This document shows, piece by piece, positions 1-9,424 of a stretch of 20,000 bases of DNA. The notes under the pieces are model-generated. The model saw nothing but the letters and a program-made list of their open reading frames with translations, was not told where the DNA came from and searched no databases. Origin of the DNA: Saprolegnia diclina VS20 (Eukaryota). The stretch is from the NCBI RefSeq assembly GCF_000281045.1, contig NW_008246094.1, positions 362,313 to 382,312 on the forward strand, read 5' to 3'. Position numbers and translations under genes: made by a program. Position 1 is the stretch's first letter. Every line of letters starts with the position of its first letter.

Positions 1-1074
1 CCCAATTTTTAGCGTCACCATCATCACAAAACAATGCTATGCAGAGTTTCTTTTCGGATCCAGCTTCCAGATTGGTTCTTGTCGCCACTCGCATCTCGTC
101 CTACAAAGTCACTCATCCAATGTTCCAGGTGCCCCCGGTACAATTATACCGAACGACGAGGTCGTTGAACCAAGCTTGCACGACCTCCTCCCGACCGAAT
201 CTGGCGCATCAACGCGCCTTGGCATGCGTAATGGCGCGTTGAAGCAACTTGGAATCCAAGATCCACACCCTAGATTCATGCATCAATTGACTGTCCGTGA
301 CGTGGGAAATGGCAATTCCCACGGATTTCCGACGCACGTCATGCCGTGCATGCTGCTGGAGGGCGCTGTGGGAAAGGCGGTGTGGATTTCCCACACTGGG
401 ATGAATCTACGGATATCCTTATCCGGATTCAGAAGATTCTTTTTCTTATTTTGCGTTGTGGTTTTTTAATCATTACACAGGGAGTTTGTATGAAAACGCC
501 ATTGCGAAAAAGAACGCACTCGCAACGCGGATCTTTGGTCGCCAGTGAAACGGCCTTTCGCAGAACGCATGCTGATTGGTCCAACCCCGTCGGGTTCTTT
601 TTTTGGGCCACGTTTTTGGATTCAATGCCGATAGCATTTGAATCTTCACCCACCATTGGACGATGGCTGTAGAAATCATTTTGGCCAATCACAGGCGCTG
701 TAACAATTGTGATTCGATACACTATAAGAAACTATAGTAAGGAATCTGGCAGGCGGGGCCGTTGGTTCTGATGCGCGGGCTTTCTGATATTTTTTTGCCC
801 GAGGCTTTGTATTTTAAAGTGCTAATATTCGAGAGAATAAAACAGAATCCTCGGTCATATATTGCGCACTAGGAATGTTTATACTAAATACAAGTGTATT
901 TGGTGGCCTATTTCGATTCAGACAATTAATTTGCATCTTGGCGGCGACGAGATTCACGGACTTTTCGATAAAAGTATTGGTGACGTCGAATAATAATAAC
1001 CCATTTTCGTGACCACCGTGCAGGTTGACACCATAAGCGATTTTGCTCTTATCACCTCAACACCTCACAGCAAC

Positions 1075-2217
1075 ATGATGCTTGCGATGCAACCTACGAT
1101 GCCAACGACAATGCGGCCATCGAGCTTGGACGAGATCAGCATGGGCATGAGCATGAACATCAACATGCCCGCCAACCTCTCGGTGCCGATGCAGATGGAA
1201 GCCTGCAAGCGCGGGTGGGTCGCTCCGTTCCTGCTGCACCTTCACCAGATGCTCCGCCGCGAGTCGCCCCAGATCATCCGCTGGACGCTGGACGGCAAGG
1301 CGTTCGAGATCCTCGACAAGGCCACGATGACCGAGAAGATTCTGCCCAAGTACTTCCGCAACAAGAACTTTGCCAGCTTCCAGCGTCAACTCAACTACTT
1401 TGGCTTCCGCAAGTGGTCCAAGTCGCGCGCGATGCACTCGACGTACTCGCGCGAGCACTTCACGCGCGACAACTTTGACGAGCTCGTGTACGTCAAGCGC
1501 CAGAGCAAGAGCAGCAAGAAGGCCAAGGACGAGAGCTCGACCGACAAGAGCGATATGGACATGGAGAGCGACACCTCGTCGCCGGTCGTGATGGCGCTGC
1601 CGTCGCCGGTCATCCCGGCCGCGCCGCTGAGCCCGTCGATTGGCTCGCTCTCGCCGCACTCGGTGTCTTTTGTCCTCTCGAACGACGACGACTTGCCGGC
1701 CGCCAAGCCGTTCAACACGCACTTCAGCGTGCCGGCGCTTTCGGAGATGCGCCAGACGTCGCCGCTCCACCACATTCGCCTGCCGTCGCTGCACCAGATG
1801 GTGCCGTCGATGGCGACCTCGTGGAGCCCGTCAAGCTCGCCCAAGACGGATTCGTCGTGCGCCTCGCCCCAGCCAGTCAAGGTCGACTACAACACGAAGG
1901 AGCTCTCTGGCCTCTCGGCCGCGCGCTTCATCCGCGGTCTCTACGACATGATCTCGTCCGACAACGGCGAGCGCATTTGCTGGAGCGACGACGGCGCCTC
2001 GTTTACGGTCGTCAACTCGTCCAAGCTCGCTTGGGAAGCATTGCCGCAGTACTTCAAGCACAACAAGTATCGCAGCTTCCAGCAGCAGCTCAACATGTAC
2101 GGCTTCTCCAAGGCCTCCAAGGCCCGCGCTTCGTCGTGCGTGTACAGCCACCCGCTCTTCCGCCGCGGCCACTTTACCGATCTCTGCCGCATCGCGCGCA
2201 AGACCAGCATGGCCTAA
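1075..2217 (+). CDS. HSF-type transcription factor with two HSF DNA-binding domains (intronless, 380 aa from the first ATG)
   Basis: Domain 1 (~1219-1503): PFLLHLHQML..IIRW..DGKAFEI..ILPKYFRNKNFASFQRQLNYFGFRK. Domain 2 (~1921-2202): FIRGLYDMI..ICWSDDGASFTV..LPQYFKHNKYRSFQQQLNMYGFSK..HPLFRRG. A Ser/Pro-rich linker separates them. The ORF-track start at 1009 is GTG; the first ATG is at 1075. Confidence 0.93.
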   Translation: MMLAMQPTMPTTMRPSSLDEISMGMSMNINMPANLSVPMQMEACKRGWVAPFLLHLHQMLRRESPQIIRWTLDGKAFEILDKATMTEKILPKYFRNKNFASFQRQLNYFGFRKWSKSRAMHSTYSREHFTRDNFDELVYVKRQSKSSKKAKDESSTDKSDMDMESDTSSPVVMALPSPVIPAAPLSPSIGSLSPHSVSFVLSNDDDLPAAKPFNTHFSVPALSEMRQTSPLHHIRLPSLHQMVPSMATSWSPSSSPKTDSSCASPQPVKVDYNTKELSGLSAARFIRGLYDMISSDNGERICWSDDGASFTVVNSSKLAWEALPQYFKHNKYRSFQQQLNMYGFSKASKARASSCVYSHPLFRRGHFTDLCRIARKTSMA

Positions 2218-3395
2218 GCGAACGGCCCATCTTATTTATCCCTGCCGTTCAGTAGTTTCCTGTATATAGACTGTCCTTTGTTAACTTATTTGATATAATT
2301 GCACCTTTTGTGTGATCAACAACTAGCTCTTGCCTGGAAGGACATGACAAGTTGTGCTCCTCTGGTGCTTCTCGTACACGGCCTCGTCGCGTGGAGTATC
2401 CCAGTTGCGCCACTGTGCCGAGCCCCATGAAGCGGACCGTCACCTGATGGCTCGTCGTCGAGTAGCTATCATCCGTCCAACTCTGCGCTTCAAGGGCAGC
2501 CACCACAGAGCGCATCAATAGGCTGCTACAGAAGCACTACGAGAGACCCTTGGTCGAGACGCAGGAATGCGCCATACAATAACCAAGATACATTTTAGAA
2601 GCTGTGAGCGGGCGCGGGTCGGACGCATATTTTCCGGCCACATTACGTCCACGTTGTACACGTGGAGATTCTACACGATGATGGAATCTTGGTCTTGGTC
2701 GGGCGCTAATTCCACGCAACTCGCTCGCCAAGTCCTCAACGCACAGGATTAGAGCGTACACGTGAGCTCGAGCGCGAGGCTTCAAGCTGTCGTAATACCG
2801 TGACTGCCGCGGCGCACGCGTTGCAAATTGGTGCCGCCGGCTCGTCAACGCCACCCGCGCGCGGCCCGTCGAGCCCATACAAACACCAAGGTAATCTTGG
2901 CCCGCGTCACGCGAGCTGGGCGTGTCAACTGCATACATGATCCCGTGCTGACGCTGACGACAACGCGACCCCAATAGCGGTAGCTCCAGTCGCAGACGTG
3001 CCGGCACACTGTGGCTTCCGACACTAGCCGGACGGTCAGTGTCTATGGTTTACTAAGTAAGGAAGAAACCAAGCCGCACAGAGGCACGTGCAAGCTACGA
3101 TGGCGTCGACCATGCGACAGCGGTTGAAGGTGGCGCGGCCACGCTGACGCACGCGACGGCGCGTTCTTTGGCCCTTTGATTACAAGATATAGCTATACGT
3201 ACTAGGTAGGACGAGGTATTTGTCGCTTGTGTCGGCCGACTGCGTGGCGCGTCTGTGGCGCGCGGTGATAGACGGTGCAGGAGAACATATGCATTTTCAT
3301 GCCTCAGCACTGTTGGCAATGGGGTGTGGCGGCCCGTCCGGATACGCGTGGCGTGAATTGACTTGTTGGGATTTTGCTTTCGCCGACGGACGAGC

Positions 3396-6219
3396 ATGGG
3401 CAACGAAGCGTCGCAGATGGGGGGCAACGCGCTCGACATGTCGTCCCGGAACCTCAGCAGCACCTGCCTCGCAGGCATGGACGAGCCTGGCGCCGGCCTC
3501 CGCTCGGCGCCCTTCCTCTCGGAGACGAGCTACGACGCGAGCCGCGCCGAGAACCTCGAGTCGCTCGACCTCCAGAGCGGCTTTGAGTGGGAAGGCTTCG
3601 TCTCCAAGAAGGGCCATCTCGTGCGCAACTGGAAGCTGCGCTACTTCACGCTCGAGTCGAATCTGCTCTCGTACTATGAGAGCAAGGAGGACGCGCGGAA
3701 GCGGCGCCACCTCAAGGGCCGCGTGCACCTCACACGCGTCCATATCATCGAGGGCAAGAGCGCACATGGCTACGACTTTACCTTCGACACACAAGAAGGC
3801 AAGCCATTCCACGTCTCGACAACGACCGAGCTCGACCAAATCGCGTGGGTCAAGGTCATGCAGGTACGGCGACGACATGACAACGATAGCGTCATGGTCT
3901 ATCGCAGGCGGGCATCGACTGGTTCAACCTCAACAACGCTGGCCAGTCCATCTACGGCAGCTCGCTTCTCTCCAAGACGCCGTTTTGCAACGCCGAGACG
4001 CTCTACTCGCTCTACCGGCGCGTGCTCTCGAACGAACCGAACCTCGTCGACGAGTTCCTCGCCTTCTTCAACAAAGGTACGTGATATCTCCCCGCGCTTT
4101 GCTCATGCGGCGCAGACCTCGTCTTCTCGTCCTACTACCCGCGCAAGTTTCCCTTCCACGGCGACTTTTTCGGGCGCGAAGGCATCCTCTTCTTCCTCAG
4201 CACGTTCCGCGAGAGCATGGATATCCTCGAATTCACCATCAGCGACGTGACGATGGAGCGCGACGGCAAGGTCGCGACCATTAAAGGCCACGAGAAGCTC
4301 CGGTCCAAGCAGAACGGCGCCGACGTCGTCCAGCCGTGGGTCCACCGCATCCGGTTTGGTCCGTACGGCAAGATCATTCGGCTCAAGATTGAGATCGACA
4401 CGAAGATGGCCAAAGGCAACTGGAACGCGCTGGGCATGCAGACCATCTACCCGGAAGAGGTCATTGCCGCCATGCGCTCGACGCGCGCGCTCTCGATCTC
4501 GCTCCAGGATTTCACAGTCTACAACGTCATTGGGAAGGGCGGCTTTGGCACGGTCGTGAGCGCGGTCAAGAAGAGCGACGGGCAAATCTACGCGCTCAAG
4601 ATCCTCGAGAAGGGCAAAATGACCAAGTACGACATTGAGTCGTCGTTCACCGAGATGCGCGTCGCCCAAAACATCCACCATCCGTTCATTGCCGGCCTCC
4701 GCATCGCGTTCCAGTCGCAGACCAAGCTCTTCCTCGGCATGCACTACTACAACGGCGGCGACCTCTTCCACCACATGTCGAAAGGCTCGAGTTCGCGCAT
4801 CTCAGCCGCGCGCGCCAAGTTTTACACGGCCGAGCTCGTCCTCGGTATCCACCACTTGCACCAGCACGACATTCTCTACCGGTCCGACGACGATGAACTC
4901 TCGTAGGCTCAAGCTTTCTGTATGTAGAGACATCAAGCCCGAGAACGTCATGATCGACGCCGACGGCCACATTGCGCTCGTGGACTTTGGCCTCGCCAAG
5001 CTGCACGTGTCGGAGTTTAAGGGCGCCAAGACGATGGCGGGCTCGCCGCAGTACACGGCGCCCGAGCTGCTCTTGCCAAAAGCGAAGCGGTCGTACGGCA
5101 AGGCGGCCGACTGGTGGAGTCTCGGCATCCTCCTTTACGAGATGAGCATTGGCAAGTCGCCGTTCTTCGACAGCAACATTGAAAAGATGTACCAGAAGAT
5201 CCAGAACGACCCGGTCATGTTCCCGCCGACGCCCGAGACGTCGCGCGAGCTCCAGGACTTGCTCCTCGGCCTCCTTCGGAAGGACCCGCACCAGCGTTAC
5301 GGCAGCGCGATCTCGGACATTCTCCAGCACCCGTACTTTGCCGACATCAACTGGGACAAGTTGCTCCAGAAGAAGATTGAGGCGCCGTGGAAGCCCCACC
5401 TCGTACGCTGCCCGCCCTTGTTGCCACGGAAACTAAGGACCTCTGGTGTAGACGTCGACGCTGGACGTCAAGTATGTCGACTCGGAGTTTACCGAGCTCG
5501 ACGTCTCGGAAGAGGTCATGTCGCCGACGGACAAGGCGTCCAAGAACATTCTCTTTGACAAGTTCGAGAGGATATTCGTGCCGCGCAGCCAACGCAAGAC
5601 GCCGGCGCCGGCGCAGGACCCGACGTTCAAGGACTTTACGTACTTTTGCGAGGACCCAAACGCCCTCGTGGCCGTCGAGTCGCTCGTCGACGAGCTCCAC
5701 ACAAAGGACACGGTCGCGAGCCGGCGCGGCGCCGACGCGATCGTGAGCGCCGACGGTCTTGACGACGGCAACGGCACGCCGCTCTCGTCCTTTATCGCGA
5801 ACGACCGCCCGGACCTCGGCGCGTCGCCCGACATTTACCCGATGGACCCGCATCTGAACCCGCCGTACAACTCGACGATGCCGGGCACGTCGAGCTCGCG
5901 GCGCCTCGAGGAATTTCGACACCAGAGCAATAGCAGCAATGGAGCGTCGAATGGGTTGGGCACCCCACCCAAGCCCATGGACCGGCTGCCGCCGCGCGCA
6001 ACGTCGGTACCGCTCCTCCCGCCCAAGCCGACGCAGCGCGCGTCGGACGTCAAGAAGCACGAGGACGCGGCCGACGTTGAGATCTTTCGAAGGGCGCCAG
6101 TGACGCCATCGTCGTCATCGGCAGCGCCGAATGCGAATGCGAGTTTGACACCGGCCGCGACGCCCGTCTTTTTCCGCAACTCGTTTCGCCACTCGTTCCG
6201 GTCCGACCCATCGGCGTAA
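3396..6219 (+). CDS. PH domain + NTF2/SnoaL-like domain + AGC-family Ser/Thr kinase (Akt/PKB/S6K-like), 5 exons, ~881 aa
   Basis: Exons 3396-3863, 3908-4076, 4116-4881, 4928-5402, 5452-6219; GT-AG introns of 44, 39, 46 and 49 nt; total 2646 nt, in frame. N-terminus MGNEAS is a myristoylation-type motif. PH motif EGFVSKKGHLVRNWKLRYFTL..W. Kinase motifs GKGGFGTV, YALKIL, YRDIKPEN (assembled across intron 3), DFG, APE, ADWWSLG. AGC tail PWKP..D..F and hydrophobic motif FKDFTYF. Confidence 0.92.
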
Positions 6220-6356
6220 GACGCAAGCGCGTCCTCCACTTCGACTACTACTTGTCTGCGATATACTACAACTTACTACACACCACATCTGATACTACTC
6301 GGCCTTGACAACTACGCTGGATAGTCTAGATGTAAACTAGAATTATATGCATGGGG

Positions 6357-8103
6357 TTAAAACTCGTCAAAGCCGTCGAAAGGCGACGGCGACGGGCGCG
6401 AAAGGAGATCGGAAATCCCATTGTAGAGCATGCCGAGACCGCCGCTCGAGTAGAGACGGCCAAGGGCCCAGAGCAAGACGACGTAGAGCACAGGCTTCAT
6501 CGCTTGGCTGCTCTGGCTTGAGTCCTGCGACTCGGTTTGAGATGGAGACGGCGCCCGGCAGAGCTTGGTCGCAAGTACATTGCGCGCTGTCGCCTACACC
6601 AGCAGGGTCAGCGAGAGACGCGACTGCATTCGCGGTACGAGGCGCTCGGCGGCATCAAGGGCGACGACGCCTTCGGCGCGCAAGAGCGTCGAGATCTCGT
6701 CGTCTGAGAGCGTCGGGAGGATCTCGTCGGCTTCGAGCAGCGCAGTGTCAAACGCCGAGAGCTGAGCTAGAGGCATGTCGTCCTATCGCTGCTTTACCAG
6801 GATATGACTCCACCTCGGGGTCGGGGCTTCTTCGACGCAGCCGGTGTCGTGCCGTTGGCCAAGTGCTCGGACTGGAGGTCCGCGAGCATCTTTTGCACGC
6901 GCACGTCGGTCAGGTCAATGCTACATACACGCACGATAGGCTGCCACGTCATGGCTCCTCGACCGCTCGCACCCGTTGGCGTGGCCGTCGGCAATCATGT
7001 CGGGCGTCGGGTTGTAAAAGTCGACGGGCGCTGGGGCCCGTGTCGCCGCGGCCTTGGCTTCATCGATCTTGGCTTGCAGCTCCCGCGCGCTCTCGAGCTC
7101 GCCCTTGGCCTCGTACATGCGCACGACCGCGTTCGCGTCGGCAAGCTACACGACATATTGCTGCACTGAACCGGACCACATCGCGTCTTGTTGCACCTCT
7201 TGCTCCATTTGCTTGCGCCGCGCGTCGGCCGCGTCCACGGGCTCATCGGGCGTGTCGACGACGACGCCACGATCAAACATGCCCTGGAACGTCGCCTTGT
7301 CGAGCTGCTTTTGCTTGATCGAGTCGTCGCGGAGTTGGCGGTAGAGCTTCCTATGCGTCGTGTCGGTGCACTTATCGTCTTGCAGAACGTACCGAATCTC
7401 GACGCTCGTCGGGTCCAGTTTGCACGCAGTGTCGAGATCGCGGAGCGCCTTTTCAAACTCGACGGCGCCCGACGACAAGGGCGTGATGAGCGCTTGGGCG
7501 CGGCTACTCGCGCTCATGTAGAGACCGTGGAGATGGCGATCGCACACCGGTAGAAGGCCTTGGCGCAAGTGCTGTCGAGCGCAATGGCATCGTCGCAGGC
7601 AACGATCGCGACGGGAAATTCCTTTAGGCGCATTTTGCAGACTACGTATGTGTGAAGGCACTATGCAAAATATGACGCGGACCGCTAATGTTGAGGTACA
7701 GCGACGCTTGGAGCGACGTGAGCTCGATCGCGTCGGCGGCCGACTCGGGCGTGTACATGACGACGCGGATGTCGTCGTCGTGGATGCCCTTCTTCTTCCA
7801 GTTCACGTCGGCGTTCTCGCAGTACTTGAAGATCGAGAGCGCCATTTCGTACTGCGCGACCGCTTCTTCGTACTGCTGGTCGGCGAAGAAGGCGTTGCCT
7901 TTCTGCTTGATCTCGAGCGCGGCTGCTTTTCGGGCCCCGAACGGCTGCGTCCGAAGCGTCACAATGGGCTCCGACATGAACATCGAGTGCTGAAAGTAGG
8001 TCGGCCACGCGTCCCAGACGGGTCGCAGCTGCGCTTGCTGCGCACCCTTGAGCTTGACTGCCTCGGCCATGAGGTTGCCGAACGGCGAGTCCTTTCCCAT
8101 CAT
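6357..8103 (-). CDS. Tetratricopeptide-repeat (TPR) protein with C-terminal hydrophobic segment, 8 exons, ~474 aa
   Basis: Exons 8103-7683, 7641-7548, 7503-7393, 7350-7197, 7145-6973, 6920-6814, 6766-6639, 6593-6357; total 1425 nt; introns 41-52 nt. TPR motifs ALEIKQKGNAFFADQQYEEAVAQYEMAL, LYLNISVCKMRLKEFPVAIVACDDAIALD, KAFYRRAQA..ALRDLDTACKLDP resemble immunophilin/co-chaperone TPR domains. Donors of introns 4 and 6 are less certain. Confidence 0.85.
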
Positions 8104-8821
8104 CGTGGCGGCGGGCGTGTGGAAGTGAAGCGTCGCGAAAAAGATCCGCATCCGCCGTCGCCCATTGGTTCGAAATGTGGCCAATCCTAGATCGTTTCGA
8201 ACGCTCTCGAATGCAATGTTTTTGGCCAATCCAGCGTCAGAATCATGAAATTGGTGACCCAGGCATGGCTGTGATGGACAGACGATGCCACGCGCAATGC
8301 TAGTCCTTGGCGACCGTCCATTTCGCATGCAGTAATGTCAGTCCAATTTTGGGCCTGCCTTGCCGGAATATTGACCACAATGCCCTAATATTCCCGTAAT
8401 TTTTGGACCCAGAGACCAAGAACCGGTAGACGGGCCACACCTGATTGCGATCGACTTTGAACTGCGCATACAGGTGCAGGTCAAGCGGCAAGACTCGGAC
8501 TCATGCATGGCACAAAGAGAACGCTTCGAAGCGATTCGACGAGGCGCCACCTCGGGGTGTCGGACTTGCCGGACACACGCCAGGCTTGGCCGCGCACCAG
8601 CTGCGACATCGAGGAGGGCGGCTGCAAGAAGAGCAAGAAGGCTCCTGCCGCCATTCAGGGTGGCAAGAAGGCCACGTCTGCACCGCCATTTTCTCCGTCG
8701 CTTCGACATCAACATTGATGAACCTGTCCATGCGACCGAGACAGCATGTAATGCAAATAGCAGACGCGAGCCAGCGAGATGGGCACCGAGACGTGCAGTA
8801 GAAAAAAGAAGAAATAAGTTA

Positions 8822-9424
8822 TTAGATGTCTTTGCCACGAATGTACCACGTGGCTTTGGGGGCATGGAGCACGTGGGCGGCTGACCCGTTGGTTGCGAGG
8901 AGGTTTTGCATCACGCTGTCCTGGAGCGCGCGGTGCTCGTTGGTCATGACAACGTCGATCTTGGGGTTGTCGACGGTCGAGCGCAGACGCCCTTTCTTCG
9001 TCCGCGTCACGATCGGGTGCAGGCGACCCATCGGGTCCTCGAGTGCCCAGCGATCGTGGGACATGAGGTCGACTTGGGCGAGGCGAAAGCTGCCGTGGAC
9101 CACTCGCGACCGGATGCGTCGCTCGACCATCGACGTGGACGCTTCTTCGTGGACGCCGCCCTCGTAGAGCGAGTTGCGGCGCGTCTCACGCTGGCGTCGC
9201 CGCCGCTCGAGGATTTCATCGCGCGAGTAGAGGCTCGACTGCGGCGTCGTGCTGGCCGCGCGGCGGTTCGCAGCCACAAAGAGCTTTTGCAGCATAAGAA
9301 AGGTCTCGTCGTCGTCCTGGGGCTCGGGCTCGTCGTTCATATAGGGCGGTGGTGTACTCTCGTCGTGTGCGCTGGGCAGGTACCGCTCGGGCTTGTGCAC
9401 CGCTAGTGGATAAACGTCGGTCAT
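8822..9424 (-). CDS. Hypothetical protein, 200 aa
   Basis: ATG-initiated ORF with the same C/G-ending codon bias as neighbouring genes; in-frame TAA 11 codons upstream; AT-rich sequence after the stop. No recognisable domain. Confidence 0.65.
   Translation of the reverse strand: MTDVYPLAVHKPERYLPSAHDESTPPPYMNDEPEPQDDDETFLMLQKLFVAANRRAASTTPQSSLYSRDEILERRRRQRETRRNSLYEGGVHEEASTSMVERRIRSRVVHGSFRLAQVDLMSHDRWALEDPMGRLHPIVTRTKKGRLRSTVDNPKIDVVMTNEHRALQDSVMQNLLATNGSAAHVLHAPKATWYIRGKDI

Noticed and set aside
432..647. GAAnnTTC heat-shock-element pairs at 432-439 and 640-647 upstream of the HSF gene (possible autoregulation)
   Set aside because: Only two-unit matches with no third correctly spaced unit; two such hits in 1 kb are not far from chance.
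39..722. Short ORFs in the first 1 kb
   Set aside because: No domain, no codon bias like the real genes, and AT-richer promoter-like sequence with several CCAAT motifs.
3220..4284. 354 aa and 295 aa ORFs over the kinase 5' region treated as standalone genes
   Set aside because: Alternative frames or read-through into introns; the spliced model explains the region.
6347..7318. 323 aa plus-strand Arg-rich ORF
   Set aside because: Antisense shadow of the GC-rich TPR gene.
8474..8884. Plus-strand ORFs (136 aa and 71 aa) with a Lys-rich coding-like patch
   Set aside because: The 136 aa ORF starts at GTG and overlaps the 3' end of the 200 aa gene; no domain and no consistent spliced model found.
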